This document shows, piece after piece, positions 15,019-16,399 of a stretch of DNA of 16,399 bases (position 1 is its first letter; every line of letters starts with the position of its first letter). The notes beneath the pieces were generated by a model, which saw only the letters and a program-made list of their open reading frames with translations, ran no database searches and had not been told where the DNA came from. The translations under genes and the position numbers were made by a program. Source of the DNA: Armatimonadota bacterium. Its GTDB lineage: Bacteria > Armatimonadota > UBA10988. The stretch covers positions 1 through 16,399 of the forward strand of contig JACRKZ010000024.1 in assembly GCA_016235455.1 (NCBI GenBank). The letters run 5' to 3'.

Positions 15019-15027
15019 AGTATAGCA
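15019..15027 (-). promoter_or_regulatory. Putative extended -10 promoter for the fucosidase-PTE transcript
   Basis: The minus strand reads TGCTATACT (TGn-TATACT) about 20 nt before ATG 14998, followed by a GAGG SD. Confidence 0.55.
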
Positions 15028-15089
15028 AATGGCACTGGTAGCTGTCACCGGCCTGGGCGGCGTGCCGACTTCGCCTCGGCTCGGCGTGG

Positions 15090-16399
15090 CTAGGGCCGCA
15101 GTTGCGGCAATCGGTACTGTGTACCGTCGTACAAGACCGGCGCTCTGTCAAGCCGCGCCCGCGTCGCGGTCTGTTCGAGGTAGGGCCGGGCCGGCTCATC
15201 ACCAGGCCCGGCCGGCGGCGGGGGCGGCCGGTCGCCAGGCGGCTCGGGCTCGGGACCGAGGCGCGGTGCCTTCTCCTCGATGAGCAGCACGCGCTGGTAG
15301 CCGGCCAGCGCCGCTTCTGCCACCTTGTCCTCCCGTACCGCGACGTTCATCTCGAAAGCGACCCACCAGACCAGGCCCTTGTGCGCCAGCACCACGGTTC
15401 GTCCGGCGCCAAGAGCCAGCGGACGCATGGCCCGCAGTTCGGCGACGTCGCTGGGGGTGACCACAGTGGGCAGGATACCGCGGGCCAGGTCGCCGCCGGC
15501 CAGCCCCGCGACGACCGAGCCGAGCGACAGTGCCGCCACGGCCAGCGCCGGCCATGCGGAGCGACCGGCCTCGGCGCGGCGCAGGAGCAGGTGGGCCAGC
15601 ACGACCGAAGCCGGCGCGGGCGCGATGAGCACCAGGCGCCGGAAGAACTCCTCGTTGAGCATAGGGCAGGCCAACAGCGCCGCGCAGAGGCCGGCGCCGG
15701 CCACCGTGGCCAGCCGGGCCGGGCTCTGCGTGGCGCGCGCTGCGCGAGTGGCCAGGACGCCCCAGACCAGCACGCCGTAGACGGCCAGGGCCACCAGAAA
15801 GCCGAGCGGGTCGGGCGGCGGCGAGCCCCGCCGATGCCAGATCAGTTCGACCGGCGCGGCCAGCAGCGCCAGTCCCCGGCCGGGTGAGGCGACCGCCAGG
15901 CCGCCCAGCGCGACCGCCAGCACCACCACGCCGGCCGCCCAGTGCCGGCGCTCCGGCCGGCGGGTGAGCCGGGCGTGGCTGACCAGCGTGGCGCCCGTGA
16001 GCAGCACCGCCGCACCGAAGACCGCCACGTGCGTGAGTGCGATGAGCACCAGCGCCGTGCTGGCCAGCAACCAGCGTCGCCGGCCGCCGTGCGCCAAGGC
16101 GAGGTGCAGTGCCCAGATCAGGCCGACCAGGAAGACCAGGCCAACCGAGTTCTTCTGGTAGTCGCTCGTCATGCGCAACACGGGCAGCGAGGCGGTGGCC
16201 GTGAGCGCCGCCGCGCCGAGGCCCAGGGCCATAGGCCAGCCGCCGCGCCGCGGCGTGTCGCGCGGCCACCAGGACAGCGCCAGTCCGAACAGCATCACCG
16301 CCAGCAGCGGCGGCAGCAGGCTGTCGGACAGACGGCAGGCCAACAGCACGCAATCGTCGACCGACCGGCCGCCGACTGCCATCAGCACCCGTGCCAATG
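15090..16399 (-). CDS. Polytopic membrane protein, 3' part only (possible GT-C-type glycosyltransferase/modifier); start lies beyond the window
   Basis: Open frame to the window edge with many hydrophobic helices, segments SDYQKNSVGL and LIALTH, and a soluble C-terminal domain with a Pro-rich insert (PEPEPPGDRPPPPP). The function is an inference from architecture only. Confidence 0.6.
   Translation of the reverse strand, partial: LARVLMAVGGRSVDDCVLLACRLSDSLLPPLLAVMLFGLALSWWPRDTPRRGGWPMALGLGAAALTATASLPVLRMTSDYQKNSVGLVFLVGLIWALHLALAHGGRRRWLLASTALVLIALTHVAVFGAAVLLTGATLVSHARLTRRPERRHWAAGVVVLAVALGGLAVASPGRGLALLAAPVELIWHRRGSPPPDPLGFLVALAVYGVLVWGVLATRAARATQSPARLATVAGAGLCAALLACPMLNEEFFRRLVLIAPAPASVVLAHLLLRRAEAGRSAWPALAVAALSLGSVVAGLAGGDLARGILPTVVTPSDVAELRAMRPLALGAGRTVVLAHKGLVWWVAFEMNVAVREDKVAEAALAGYQRVLLIEEKAPRLGPEPEPPGDRPPPPPAGPGDEPARPYLEQTATRARLDRAPVLYDGTQYRLPQLRP

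Overview
High-GC bacterial window, mostly secreted carbohydrate-active and hypothetical genes: a partial beta-propeller protein, a clan GH-A hydrolase, TerC, a secreted unknown, a heparinase II/III-like protein, a heme-c-motif chemoreceptor, a Tat-type phosphotriesterase homologue, a GH29 fucosidase and a partial membrane protein. The standout is a divergent two-gene module at 4713-7881. On the minus strand is a CorA-like two-TM protein resembling type III CRISPR-associated CorA effectors but lacking the GMN motif. On the plus strand is a plasmid-type replication initiator (RepA/RPA-like). The 439-bp spacer holds six 19-bp iteron-like repeats with invariant CGACG-N5-GTGTAC. Two point toward the corA-like gene and four toward rep, and a seventh copy lies inside the rep coding sequence. 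No cas, par, integrase or transposase gene is recognisable in the window. Family calls come from motif recognition by eye, not database searches.
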